A DNA stretch of 64,000 nt from Azolla caroliniana (taxonomy: Eukaryota; Plantae; Polypodiophyta): contig JBHGNT010000001.1 in NCBI GenBank assembly GCA_043228905.1, positions 23,684,001-23,748,000 on the forward strand. The letters are read 5' to 3'. Both the position numbers and the translations under genes were made by a program. Of this stretch, positions 36,388 to 50,667 are shown piece by piece (within the stretch, counting starts at the first letter, position 1; each line of letters starts with the position of its first letter). Below the pieces are notes generated by a model that was given only the letters and a program-made list of their open reading frames with translations, had not been told where the DNA came from and ran no database searches.

Positions 36388-39300
36388 TTATGACTCAAAA
36401 ACTATGGAGAATGTTCTCAACTCCATAGGCTGAAGTTCGACAAGAAAATCATTTTCAACAAACCCTTGGCTACGCTTGATATAACGGTAATCTCCAAATG
36501 GTTCATTCTCAATTCTCCATTTGAGCACACTCATTTCTGACCTCTTCTGGTTGGCCGTCAATGACAATTCTTCCACTTCTTCAATCTGTGCTTTGGGGAG
36601 AATATATTTAAATTAGTGGTTGATGACAGTAAAGAATATACTGTAAATGAGCTTGCTATTCAGGTGGTATGATGTCGAAATAAAATACAAAAAGATTTCC
36701 TACCTTTCGCTTAGAGAAAACCTTTTCGAGGTTGACTACTGCGACGCGTGATAATTCATCATCCTCTTCACTCTATGAAAGAGACATAATGGAGTGAGAT
36801 TCTCTTAAAAGAGTGTTACAACTTGTAGCAAGAGATGATTTACTCATGATATTATTTTTGTACATCCATCCACAATTCAGAACATTAGAGGAGATGATAA
36901 ATTGATGATATCATTGTTTTATACATAAAATTGTGACCAATGAAACTACATCTGTGTATGAATATGAATACCTCAAATAAATGAGCCAACCTCAAGAGCA
37001 CACTTGTATCATGTAGTTCCTGCGGTAAAATTTATCAAATAAAAACTTCTTGAGAATGTTAAAAGATTTTGGAAACAATTTGAGATAAATTAGAATAAAA
37101 AAGAAAATACTTGTATGAATGTGCAAAAGCAAACCAACCTGAAGAGTAATGATAGCAACATTTGGCGGTAACTCATATCCATCTAACACTATTGAATAAG
37201 ATGGTACATGCACATCCTTTATAGCCTCATCCTGTTATCAAGTAATAAATAACAAGACAAAATACCTCGTAACAAAATAGAGATATGTAAAATGAGTTGA
37301 ACAAATTTGAAATACAGCTAAATTGTTACGATAAATGAGACAAATACGTTTAAAAAGATATTTTTTTTATCAAGGGTTAAGGAAACCAAATCTTGAGTTA
37401 GTTCTTACATCTACCACAGCGAATGACAGTTGTAATGGAGAGAGCATCCTTTGTATAAGGTTACGACGCCACTGTGGTGCTTTTTTGGAAAAATGAACAC
37501 CCATAAGAAAGGTTCCTTGAATCTGTGCAAGATTTCCAACCAGCAAAAGCATTTGTAAAAGAATTTTTTAACACAGCATTTAACAAAGTAGTTTGGACAC
37601 TTGAATTGCAGCTCAACATTCTTCTTTATCTCAATGAATACCACCTTAATATCTATCTTCTAGTTTCATGCTGCTGAGGTTAGGTATACCATTTCTTTGC
37701 TTTGCTTTCTTGATGTTCAATAAATCAGAAAATTTCAAATAAAAGAACTGGCTGATGATCTCTATATATAAATAAAAAGGTTTACCCACTCCTGGATAGA
37801 AGACGTCAAATAGAAATCATTTCTTCTAAGCCCATGTTTCTAGAGGCTATGATTTATATTTGAAAGTAAACCTCTATCTCATTTAGGTTAGAGGAAAGAC
37901 TTGATCTGTTTATATTTCCATGTTATTCATGTCCCTGCTTGCCTTGCCAGGATAAGATATCAGCAAGTGAAATGGCAGTCACTTAATACATATTATTTAC
38001 TATCTCTCTCACATGAATGAAAAAAGGCGAACTGTAACATCCCTAACAGGAGGCCATCCTTTGGCCCTCTCTCTTCTATTTCATGGTTCTATCTCTCCCT
38101 TCCAGAGTTTCCCTTTGAGACTGTAATCACTTCCTTGCCTTGCCTCCCTTGTCCTTGGGTAATTTGGTCCTAAAAAGGCGCCAGGTAGCATGTGATTTTT
38201 CAGTGAAATATTCAGATTTTCATCTTTTGAATAGTCTTTTCTGGAGCTCCTTTCGGGAAGAGGAGAACCCCAGAATCAGGTCGGACAGAATCCCAGATTA
38301 AATACCCAAAATCTCTGGCGGAGATCGTTACTTTCCCTGGATTGAGTTTTTAATGCCAAACATTTTCTCTCATCTAACGATGAATTTTGGATCCTGATGC
38401 CAACATATATGTTTCTGTCCATTAATTTTCCATCCTCGGTACTCATGGCAGTTTGTTCATTGTGTTTGGGCAGAGAACAACACCGTTTCCCTTCTCTTGA
38501 GCATTCACCTTTATGTATGTAACAACTTTAACTTTTGCAGCTAACAGAAATCTTCTGTCCTAGAAGATGACATTAGATCAAACCTATGCTCACAGGCGCT
38601 TCTAATGTCTAACGTCCATCCTACAAAACAGAAATCAAGTCAACAATGCTGCAATTAGTGACCTCAACTCAGCTAGCAGGAGTAATGATAATGGGATAGG
38701 GTAGCAGACACTATCGCGAGGCGCTCCCCTATCCCAATGGGACTACATGAAAGTCTGCAATGCTATATTGTGGCTTGCATTGTTCTGATCATCGGCAGGG
38801 GGCACTTCAGCAATCGTGTGCTGTAACTGGCTGGGAGTCTCATCACACTGAAGGATACTTTGATTTACGGCAACTTAGGTTCATCTTGTGTAGTGATAAC
38901 GGCAGACTCATACAAGGATCTTGGTTAGGTTCATGAGATCCTAGAGGAACCCCCTCACTTGCCCTTCTGTAGATCTGTTCCCTTCATATGTCCTGTGACA
39001 TTTTGGTAAGGTACACATCTGGTGCACAACCCTGTCTGCCTGCCTGCCTGCAGGTCTCTTACACTGCTCTAGGTAAAACCTTATTGTAATCAAGTCCTTG
39101 ATAAATTGGTAAACCTAAACCATGGTCACAGGGCAATAGGCATATCGGCCCAAAACAGGAAATATTTTCTCATAGTAGAGGCTGTCACTGAGCACACCAT
39201 AATACCATAGCAACATGAGAAATGAGACGTCACTCTACAACATACATTATGTTTTCTTGGACATATTTTGACCTTTTTTTGGCATTTTTTAATTCTTCCT

Positions 39301-42300
39301 GTTTATTGGCTATCTGATGAAAATAAAATGAGATGGTACTCCACCACATAACATTTCTTCTCAATTAATCACACTTAGAATTCTCATTGCATTATGTATG
39401 TGTTTCTATGCGTAGCTCCTGGAGTCTCAAATCTCGAGAGATCATCCTGCTAAAACTAGATAATAGATCTCATGTCATTATCAAATAGAATTGGGTACAG
39501 AGTCTTCAAATAGGACCCTAGACCATCACTGCACAAGATATACTAGCTTACTATGAGGCCTTCGCATTCATTGCCATCACCCAAACATGTTGTCTCATTC
39601 AAAGGTTCAGCGACACCTTTGTTGTCATCATACTGCAACCTCCTGCATGAATATCATGTTGTTATTTAGGGCAGACAGGTCTCAAGTATGAGAACTGGCC
39701 TTCACCTTACGGAAAGAAGCATGAAATAGAGAGTTAGTACACACCTATGTAGCATAACTTCAAGTCCACCATCAGTAATGCTAGAACCACCCATAGAACG
39801 ATCAACCAAAACTGAAATATCTGTGACATTGTCCGTGATATAAATTCCGGAATTCAGCTGCACAACTCATAAAGCGCATAAAAACATAAGACAGATCTCA
39901 TGATAACATTAAAGTTAATAATTTTCAAAGATAATAAATTCCAGGTCTACGGTCCCTAAAAGCATACATGATGACATTGTTTCTCCAACATAGCTAGTGG
40001 CTTCTTCAAACCATATAGGTAAATTCCTAGTACACAACATCAAGAAGATTTTCTATTTGCCAATTATTGCACAAAGTTCAGGACTCCCAACTTAGATTTT
40101 TCTCTCTTCAGCTGGCTATATTCGTGAAGTCTCTTCAGGAGAAACAACACAAGACATGTTTGACAAACTGAAAACTCAAGGTTGGATGAGGAGGTCCATT
40201 CATAATATATGACGATTTTGTAAGTAATGACTATTTGAACTTCACTGAAATACATAACATCAAATAGCTACAGCATCAAGAGAGGAAATTTGCTTTATGG
40301 TTTAGAACAATACCTACCGGATAATAATTTCCAGCAATTTCCTCATGCACCTCTAATGGCCAATCAGCCCTATAGTCCCTCACCTGTATCAAAACACCAT
40401 ATCAAAATACAGACTACGATACTTGAAGAAGTATAGACCTGTTAGAAGAAAAGAAATTTTAGGACATAAAACTAAAATAATTCTCCATCAGCTTTTGAAC
40501 CCTAAGATTGTGTCCAAGTATTCACAATTACTGAACAATGGTAACCAAGTATTCAACATGCTTCATCTACGCTAAAAGTTCTTAAGGCCCTAACACTATG
40601 CAGTTCATCTGCCCAATAACATTGTTACACAGTGGAGCAATATACTGCTATTAGAATCCCGAAAAGTTCGTTGTACATGATTCCGTATTTGTAAAATATT
40701 TGAGATTTTATTTGTAGCTTATCTGAACCATGCATACCTCACACATGGATAAGGATACATACAACATAAGGTTGTTCATGCTCCAAAAGAGAATGTTCCA
40801 GGAAAGTCCTCCTTGGTAGTAAGATAACAAGATGAAAATCTTGAACAACTTTCCCCATTTATTTGGCTAATAGAATATCTTTGGTGTTCCAACCTAATGC
40901 TAGGATGTTGGTTTCACAGCTACTTTCAAGAGCAGAGGTATCCCAGATTAACTTGTGGAAGCATCATCCGTGTATGATTTCGATAAAAACATAAATCAAG
41001 CTCTGAGTTCATTCTTGATTTAAGGCTCAAGGACATTATAATGGAACTCTCAGTTTGAATCGCAAACCATGTGACATGATGAGTTATGAATTAAGTGGCA
41101 TTTTTCAGAATCTTGAACTCTATTAATTTAAGAATACTTTCTGCAAGAAGAAATTTCAGACTAAAGCTCAAGATCAATTCAAGAAGTTTTTTTATCAACA
41201 CAAGGTAGGTAATTCAATACCTGGAGGTTTGTTCCCTGAAAGTATCTAGTTTAGTAAAACGTATGACAAAACATCAGCCATTTGTACATGGAAAGTAAAT
41301 CATCTGAAATTTACTTGAACTTGCACAATTTAGAACATGCAAAATGTAGTGGAAAGCATTGGAATTTGAAACAAATAAAATAAAGACGTCAAATAGAATA
41401 AATCATACACAGGCGGAATGCGCAAAATTTAATAGAAAGCAGTGGAATTTGAAGCAAAGAATATTTTGAGATACACTTTTTGAAACACAATTATATTCAG
41501 GCATGAACTTCCCAGAAATGCCTCTAGAGAAAAAAGTATATGTTGAAGTGAACTTCTTGAAACAAATCATGTCCACAAGTAACTTCCCATCCAAGCAAAA
41601 AGGTATAAGTGAACCGCATCCTTAAGCTATACATGTATAGTTATATCATTAGCAATGATTAATCTTGCACAGTTATGCATAACACTGGCATTACTTATAA
41701 AAACCAAGCATCTCGCTTATCAAAGTTCATCTACCAAATTTTCATAACCACTTACCCTTTTAATAAAATCTCGACCATTGGAATCTGTATAAAAGACCTT
41801 ATTACTGGTGACCTCACTAGAAAACTTGGTAACAATCTCTTTGCCAAGACCATCGTCAATTGGTATGGGGCCCACCTGTAAAATAGAATGATGTGTTAAT
41901 CAAGCAGAATTTAATGATTTAAGAAACACAATCAGAATTTAATACTTGGTAGTTATGTTGGCTAAGCCACAGTTATCGCTCACTACTATCATACATTTCT
42001 TTCCCTTTTGTCATCCTACATTCCTACCAGACTCTATAGTATAATACAATCATTGGCCTCTTTCTGTAATCTAAGTAGAATAATATATTCTATACAGTAA
42101 ACTGACAGAGCCTATGTAAGTATAAAGAAATTGATGCTTCCCATAATATTTGAGAAGCAATGGAGATCATAACTCAGACTAATAGTACTGAAATTTTATG
42201 AATTCCTGTAACCTCTTGATTCTGAAGATGACACATAAACAAAACCATATTTTGTCAAGTAATGTATGTGCCGCTTACACAACCAGTTCATTAAGATTAG

Positions 42301-45300
42301 GCTAACTCATACAAGTGATGACATGCTATTGCCAATAGCCTATAGATGATATATGTATTGCTTCTTTTATTGGTGATTGCAAGAAAGAAAGAAAGAAAAA
42401 TTAACATCATTTAAAAAGCAAAAATGGCCTATGAGACTAAACAAGAGATTACATCTGAAGTATGGTGTTGTCTTTGAGAACAAAAAATCCAAATAAATAA
42501 ATGTTACCACTTAAAAAAACGTAAATAACATAAAAAGAGACTAAAAATCTTGTTCTCAATTCAGGCATGTAGTAATTTTTGTCTTCCAAATATCTCTAGC
42601 ATAGGTTGATCCAGATTAGAGAGGTCCCTGAAGTGAGGGAAGCACTTGCAATGGCAGGAGGTAATGGCCTTTATTTCTCGATGACAAGGGTGGTGAGATC
42701 ATGGTCCATGGGTTGGGGGCCTACATGTACGACAAGTTGCTATTGCCTGATCTATTGTAACCCTGTTGCTATGTCCTGCTTGGGAGCCCATTTGTTGACT
42801 TGTAGCATGAGTAGGAGAGATAGGGCTAAAAGAAGTTGTGATTGTTCTTTCTTGATGAGCTTGTGTGGCTGTACTGTTGTCCTTCCACTTTTCCCTATGT
42901 CTCTTGAGCTCTAGCAAGAAAAGCCCCAAGCACCATCGGTCCTGACTCATATTCCATTCCCTTGCATAGTGACCCAATGCCTTCTTTAAAGAGATAATGG
43001 TATCTCCCTCTTATTTTATAGAAAACACTTCAGTGACAAACATAGTGTTCTTCAGATTCCACTCCCAATCTCTAACTGATAGATGTATGCCCATATAAGA
43101 TGGTCCAATGATGAATTCATCCTCTAATGTGTGTAAAAAGTGTCTTCCTACCAAGAGATATTTTGGGTTTGATACATGTTATCTTGTTTTCCAAGTTAAT
43201 AATATCAGTTCAGATCACTCTATTATTTTCCACTTTGGTCATGTTATTGGAACGAGGGTAGTGCATTTATCCTTATGCCATGTGGCTCAAACCATTGCTG
43301 CATTTCAGCATATCAACAATGAATGTTTCCATGTTCAGCCAGTTGTCTTGATGACATCTGTGCCAACCTTGAGTACCTTCCTTTAAGGAGCTCCCAATTA
43401 CGTTGGATACACGATCAGAATAACGCCTCGATGATTAAATGGACTGCTCTCATCTGTTCCAAGATTATATCATGGGGCACCGATGCTTTGCCCCTTATCA
43501 TGCGGGCAATGATTGAGACTAAGGTCTCGCTAAATCTTTCCAGTTATTTGCCTTTTTCAGGCTCAGTCCCCAGGTTTCTACTCCATAGAGAAGAGTTAGT
43601 GTCACAAGTGTATCAAATAGCTACAATTCCATGGCTCTTGCAACTATAAATGTGTACATTGTCTTTCGAGAGCACCAAGGGCTGCATATCCATGATAAAA
43701 GCAGGCACAAGAAACCTCCATAATGAGAACCTAGGCCCTATATATATTACTCTTAGGTATGTGTAGGAGCGTTGTGTATGCCATCTTTTCCTCTCCCACG
43801 ACAAATTCTGGTTCTGATCTTGTTAGCCATGCTTGAGTGGTGTTAAATGCCACCACTTTAGTTTTATCCATGTTTAAAGACAAACCTTTGTCCATACAAA
43901 ATACTTTTAAGGCATTTAAATGTCTCTATCGTCCTTCCGGAGAGTCAGAAATCAGCACAAAATCATCAGCATCTAGTAACATTTTGTATAGCTATACCTG
44001 CCGCCAGGCAGGCTCTAGAACCCCCAAATCTCTCTATGTAATGCGATACCTTATCATGTAGAGACTGAAGAGACTGGGTGATGGTGGGCATCCTTGTTTT
44101 ACTCTAATTGTGTTAGCCACAGCATATGACAACCCATTGGGAGACCACACCTTTCCTTACACACATTCGCATAGTGTATAGATTGCCGATTGCATCTCTA
44201 TAGGGACACCAAGGGCTTCTAGCCATTGCATAAGCTCAGCACCTAGCATAGTGTCAAAGACTTTTCAGAAATCCACAAAGTAGCAATAAATCCTCTTATT
44301 ATGAGCTCTGCCCTCCTCAATAAGGGCTCGGAGGGTCAATATGTGATCCAAAGTTGTGAACCCCTTCCAAAATCCTGCCTGTTCAGATGAATGGCAGCAA
44401 CTTCGCTCTGCCCATATACTCAAATTCTGACTCTAGGATTGAGCCACATAGTTTCACCACATAATGGCCAACCATGATTTCCCTATAGTTGCTCGGCATC
44501 ATGGGGTCTCCACTCTTGAGGAATGGCACAATGGTATGTTCTGTACATCTTGTAGGGAAACCTTCACACATAGCTCTATTAAATATGTGTGCATGAATGC
44601 GAGCAAGATGTCACTCACAGGCATAGATGAAGTGCTCACCTACCAATCCACCATGATCCTAAGCCTTCTCAAATTGTAACTGATCAATGGCATTTCTTAC
44701 TTTTTGTAAGTATAAAAGGTGCATTCATGTGAGTGTGAGCCATGTGGGTGGGGAATTGAAGGCTGCTCGGAATATCATAAAGTACCTTTGCATATTCATG
44801 CCCACCTGAGATGAGGTCAGTTGTGTGGTAGGTTGCCTCTCATTAAACATTTCCATGCTCTTTTACTTTCTTGTTCTAGAAACAAGCAATAAAAAGTATC
44901 TTCAAATTTAGCTAAATACAATCTCTTCTTCTTCCCCACAAGGCGTTGTGTATAAATACCCGGAGTTACTTCGTGTTACAAGCATCTCCTTGTATCACAA
45001 TATTCCTCATCATACCAACTATTTTGTATGACTCTACCAAGGGGACATTGTCCATTGTGTTGGTAAAGGCATTTGTGGCTGCTTTATGCATTAATTTTGA
45101 CAATCCTTGTGTAACTTCACCTAGGGGTGTGAAAGGATCCAAATCTAGGATGCTATTATATATTCCACATATATACACATCGATTGAATCTCGAGTAAAT
45201 TGTTTAAAATTGAAGTTGCAATGTTAAAATTGAAGCAGTGAATGTAGTCAACCATGACAGTAACAATGGGAATGATGTACTCTTCGTCTCTTCATGCTTT

Positions 45301-48300
45301 AGCGCACATACTTTAGTTGCAGATATAGATGATGGCCTCAAGTGGAACCTGCATTTTGGATGCCTTGTTGTGCCCTTCTAGCATCACCCGGGATGCTTTT
45401 ATCCCATCCTTTCCTTCTATGGATGAATGTAGTCAATCATGAGAATGACAATGGGAATGATGACTTTTCGTCTCTTCATCCTGTAGTGCATGTCTTTACT
45501 TGCAGATATGGATGATGACATCAAATGGAACCTGCACTTTGGGTGCCTTGTGCACCTTCTAGTGCTACCCAGGGTGCTTCAATCCCATCCTTTTCTTCCA
45601 TGAATCTGGACCATCTTCGTGGGTGTTGAGATCCATATCTTCATTTGTTGTCCATTCAGAATCCATGGTGTCCTGTAGTTAGGACAGCGGGTACAGGATA
45701 TTGTCGGAGAAATGCAGAGGGCAGAGGGCAGAGGGAACAGTGTGAAACCAGGAACATAGAGATTAGGCAAAGAGAACACAGAGATTAGTTAGAAATTGCA
45801 GAAAACTCAGAGGATCAGAGTTTGCAGAAAACAGAGAGGATCAGATATGACAGAAAACCCAGAAGATCGGATCAAATAATTTTGGTATGGCAAAAGGAAC
45901 AAAAACCAATACGACAAAGAATATAACTATGTAAATTTCCTTGTTTACATTCTCAAAGATAGGGATGTGATAAATGCAATCTACATACTGTGAATTCTAT
46001 CTCTGCATGCTCAGAATCCTTGTAGATCCTTACAATCTGCATTGAAAAAAGCATTCATTAGTCATAAAATATTTACCTACATAAGAAGAAATATGGCACA
46101 ACAAGATGTAAATGATACAATTCCCTCCAAGAAATCTAGGCATCATTCCATCCAAACAAAATTTGAACCTGGGAAATCCAAGATGTGATTTTCTGGTGGA
46201 TCTCTTGCATGATAGGCCCTCTAGCAACTGAAAAGGTCATCTGCAGATAGACAAATAGAACTGATATATTTTCAATGATTAATCTAATGAGTTATTCCAG
46301 AAATGCTCCTTAAAGAAACTTTAAAAATTATATATGGAAACAGAAAATTACAGTGTTGTTCAATGGAAAGCATGTACTGGAATTAGGTCGAAAAACGTAG
46401 GCTCCAGATGCCTGGCAGACATTGAAAATTTCAGTCAGAGAGGACTATATTAAGACACATTCTCCCAAATTTGCACCAAGGACTCCCTTGAAAGACAATA
46501 ATTCATTATGCCTCCTACTGCAGTAGGATTGTTGGATGTGTGAGTGAGTCCACTTAATAAACAAACCTGGCCATGGGTCTTGTCTGTATTCCCATCACTA
46601 GCATTATACCAACAGTATGATTGCTGTACAGATATATCAACCTACAGAGAAAATCCAGAATAAATAAGCTGATATCTAGACTACTATTTTAAGCTAGATG
46701 TCATGTTGGACATAAAAAAATGTCAATGCTACAGGAATAAAAATTTATAGGAACATCATTCACAGAACTGCTAGGGAACATATGTCAATTGAGCAGTATC
46801 ACTTCCACATCTCACAAATACATGTGAAAGCTCCACTTACACAATCCTTCTGCTTTATTCTTTCAAGAAGTCCAGTTGATGAAAATAAAAAATCGGTAGA
46901 AGTTGAATTTAATACAATATCTTGATTTGCACTCTCTTGTAGGATTGAGTACTCTGCAGACACTGACAGTGTACCCACATATTGGAGATAGAACAATCTA
47001 GAGATGCAAACAGTTCAAATGAAACAAATAGAAACTTACAAGTATCATTCTGAGATGGTTTTATATAGTATGTTGAATACCCTAATGGCGGACATACAGT
47101 TTCAAATGCAAGAATATAAACAAGCTTTTCTGATATAGCATTTCCATAAATGCTTTTGAGATGTCTCTGTCTCAACCTTTCTGAAGCATGACTGAGAACA
47201 ACAATCTGTGATGGTACCCCATTACCATATGAATCAAAAACACTGACTTTATAATTTGAAACCTGTCAACAGACATATGCCATTATCACATGTTAGGTAA
47301 ATACAGATTCTAGAACACATTTCAGATTTCTCCAAAAGAACGAGCACAATGATACTACAAATTTTGGATCATTTAAACAGAATTATTGATTCAAATTATG
47401 GATACTCAGAATGTGAACATTATCAAAGAATCCTCAGTAAAACTTTATGATATAGTATTCTCAAAGAGATAAACATACAGTAATCCGAACAATCTCCTTT
47501 CGCTGCCACCCAAGAGAGTTATACATGACCACCACCTAGACAAAGTATACCACTTACACCAGATGTTATTATACATATAAACAGGTCTCACGCAAAGAAG
47601 AAAATCAAATCAGAATTTAATACCAAGGTTTTCCCAGCAAGATCAGCCTCTGATTGCGGACAGTAACTGATATTGGATAAAGGGCACTGAAAAAATGCAT
47701 GAAAAGTTGTCGAAACACAATTATTAAGGTGTAAGAGGAATGGAAAATGTAAACAAGCTAGAAAGCACTTCTAAAACTCTAGTATACTTGCTGGAAATTT
47801 ATGCCATCTTTTAGAAATCGTTGTTGAGATGAACCAGGATGCATCTCTCCATTGATATTTCTATTCCCATAATGAAAATAAGATGAAAAATTCCCAGAAA
47901 TGAGTTGAGAAAGTGCTGCATTAATGACATCATTTGCCTGCCAAAAACCTCATTAATAGGGAGAGCATAAAAAAATCTCTTGCTTACACAAACTGAAAGA
48001 AAAATTCTGGGGTTTTACTTCACAAGACGAATCTGCAAGTCTCTTGGAATAATCATCTGCAACATGCTGCTTCTCAGTTCCCGTCACACCATCATGATGT
48101 TGGAGGATAGCCATTGCCTCTTCTAGAGAATCTGTGTTAGGCCCCAAGTTTTTCCTTCCAACGATGAACTCAAGTTGTCTTGACACCTGAAAGATCGTGC
48201 ATTGAAGTCTTAGGCAAGAAATGGAAACCAAGAAAAGGATTATATTCCATTTATATTTCAAAGAGATGACAACTACTTACCTGCAGATACGCTGACATTT

Positions 48301-50624
48301 TGCGCACATATCCCTTCAAAGAAGGCCTACTTGTAAAATATCCAGTCCAATAACCATTTGCGTTGTCTGCATATCTAAAACATAAAAACATGTACTCAAC
48401 TTACTATTTTCCAAATCTACAGTGGCCTTTATAAATAGTTACTGCAAAAAACGTTTATTGATGACGCAGAAGAAGCACTAAATATACGGATATATTAGCT
48501 AACAAGCCCTAGCTTCTAAGGTATATGGCTATAATATTGGAATGCTCATGCCATAAAAAGCTAGTAATCAAGAAAATTTAGCTTTTGAGATGTGGTCAAC
48601 AGTTGATTTCCCAAAAAGGACCACTGGAGGCAGCACACACCCTGATTCCTGAACAAGGAACATCCAAAACTGTTTTTATACTGTCAAATATGCTCAGCAG
48701 GATCTATTAGGTATCCAATAAGTTCTAAAATCCATTTGGCTTCCAAATACGATTTTATAGGAGAAAATTCATACTTATTTCTTTCTCTAGAACAGATATG
48801 ATGCCATATGACTCTACAGACTCTTCCACATGCAAAGAAAAAGCATCCAATGTACCAATAAATTAGATGAAGACGGATGAAGAGTAAGCTTACGGAAAAT
48901 AGTCGCCTAACTTTACTGGCCACGTAATGTTAGCGTCTGCCTTCATGTCCACATAAATTGATGGGGTAGAGTACAAGGTGTTAACACGTCCATCCTACAA
49001 AATTTAGGCAAACAAACAAAAGTAAGTGGAGAACACATTCACTGAACTACAAGGCTTATATTATTACAACCAATGCAGGCAAACTAGATAGAGAAAACAT
49101 TTACTATTAAAATAGAATGTGGATGTTTGGTTGTACCATTACTAAGACTGATTAGAAGAAACTTTTTGATGAAACAGAAAGTTAGTCACATCCAACTGGA
49201 GAGAAAATAAAAATAAAATCCAAGTACGGAAAAGCAACGAGGCTAAGGTTTAGGGTTTATAAAGAATAACCATTCTTGACATCACAAGAAGGCAATCAAG
49301 TAAAAAACCAAAGAAGAAAGATGTACCAAACATATCTCAGAGGCAGCTATGCTCTATGAGACCCAAACAAACAGGAAGTCTCACAAACTGTTCTATGAAA
49401 GCAGAAGACATCTTCTTAGACCTAAATGAAATACAGAAGACATCTTTTTTGACTAAGATAACTTCTCTTTTACACCATAATTTATAAATATGTCGCCACA
49501 TCAAGAAATGACAGTTAGATAGGTTGCAGTTAAGTATCCCAGCACACAAGGCAGGCATAGTAAAATGCAAGGATAGAAAAGACAGGTTACACAGATTGCA
49601 CCTTCAGACAAATGAACATTTTAAAAGCAGAATACAGATAATCCATGTAATATTTATGAGTAGATCAAAGGGAGATGTCATACTTAGTTTAAAACTTTTA
49701 AATTTCCATAATAATAGATATGGATCAAAAGCTAAAACTCAAAGTTATATTTAATTGATTCCTAAAAATAAATAATGGAACTTAGGTTCAGATCTAACTC
49801 TTAGATAATCCCTTCAACTTCCTGGAGTGGTCTGTATAATATTAACGTTTGTTTCTTCGAATATTCATCATTTACCTTTACATGTTCTTATTCTGGGGTT
49901 AGTTATTCCATCATATCACATTGTCTTGCTTCCAACCAACCCTCCACAAGCAAGATTCTTATATGTAGAACAACTAAATAAATAAACATACCACACCACT
50001 ATTATACCTTATTTACATAGTGCACAAGTTTATCCATCTGCTTGAACCATGTGTGCGCATATTCATAAGAAAAATCATCTCCCATGGTCCACATCAAATG
50101 ATTGGTCCGAAACTCTTTAGCCTACACATGCAATGTTCTATAATATTAAGAAATTACAGATGGACCAGATGCACCACTCAATGAACTTAAACAACATGAG
50201 ATGTTCACCTGCTCTAGTGCACGTTCGACAAAAAGATCCACCCTCTCTTTTACATTATAATCGAAAATCCGAGGATCATCCTGTTAAAGTAATTTAATGA
50301 TGTGTAATATATAAATAAATCATGACTATAGATAAAATCTTCTGGCCTGCTTCTATTAGACATATCAACCTGAACTGGAGGACAATCGGAATGCACATCA
50401 AAACTAAACCCATCTGGAGGCTCATAATGGTTTGCCAGCACACCAGAAAATATCTGCATTAAATTATACACTATCTTGGAACGATGGTTGAGAATGGCTG
50501 CAATTATTAAAAGGACTCCAACAGTCTCAATGTACACCACAAGGCATACTTTTCTTTGCCACAAGGTCTCAATATATTATTTGTGGTTCCGGAAAAAGGG
50601 AGGAGAGGGAAGGGGAGAGAAGAA

Positions 50625-50667
<43 letters not shown>

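Noticed and set aside
38033-39063. TGTAA...TTACA segment as a solo LTR in intron 24
   Set aside because: The flanks (CGAAC and CTGCT) give no TSD; it may be TE-derived but boundaries are unsupported.
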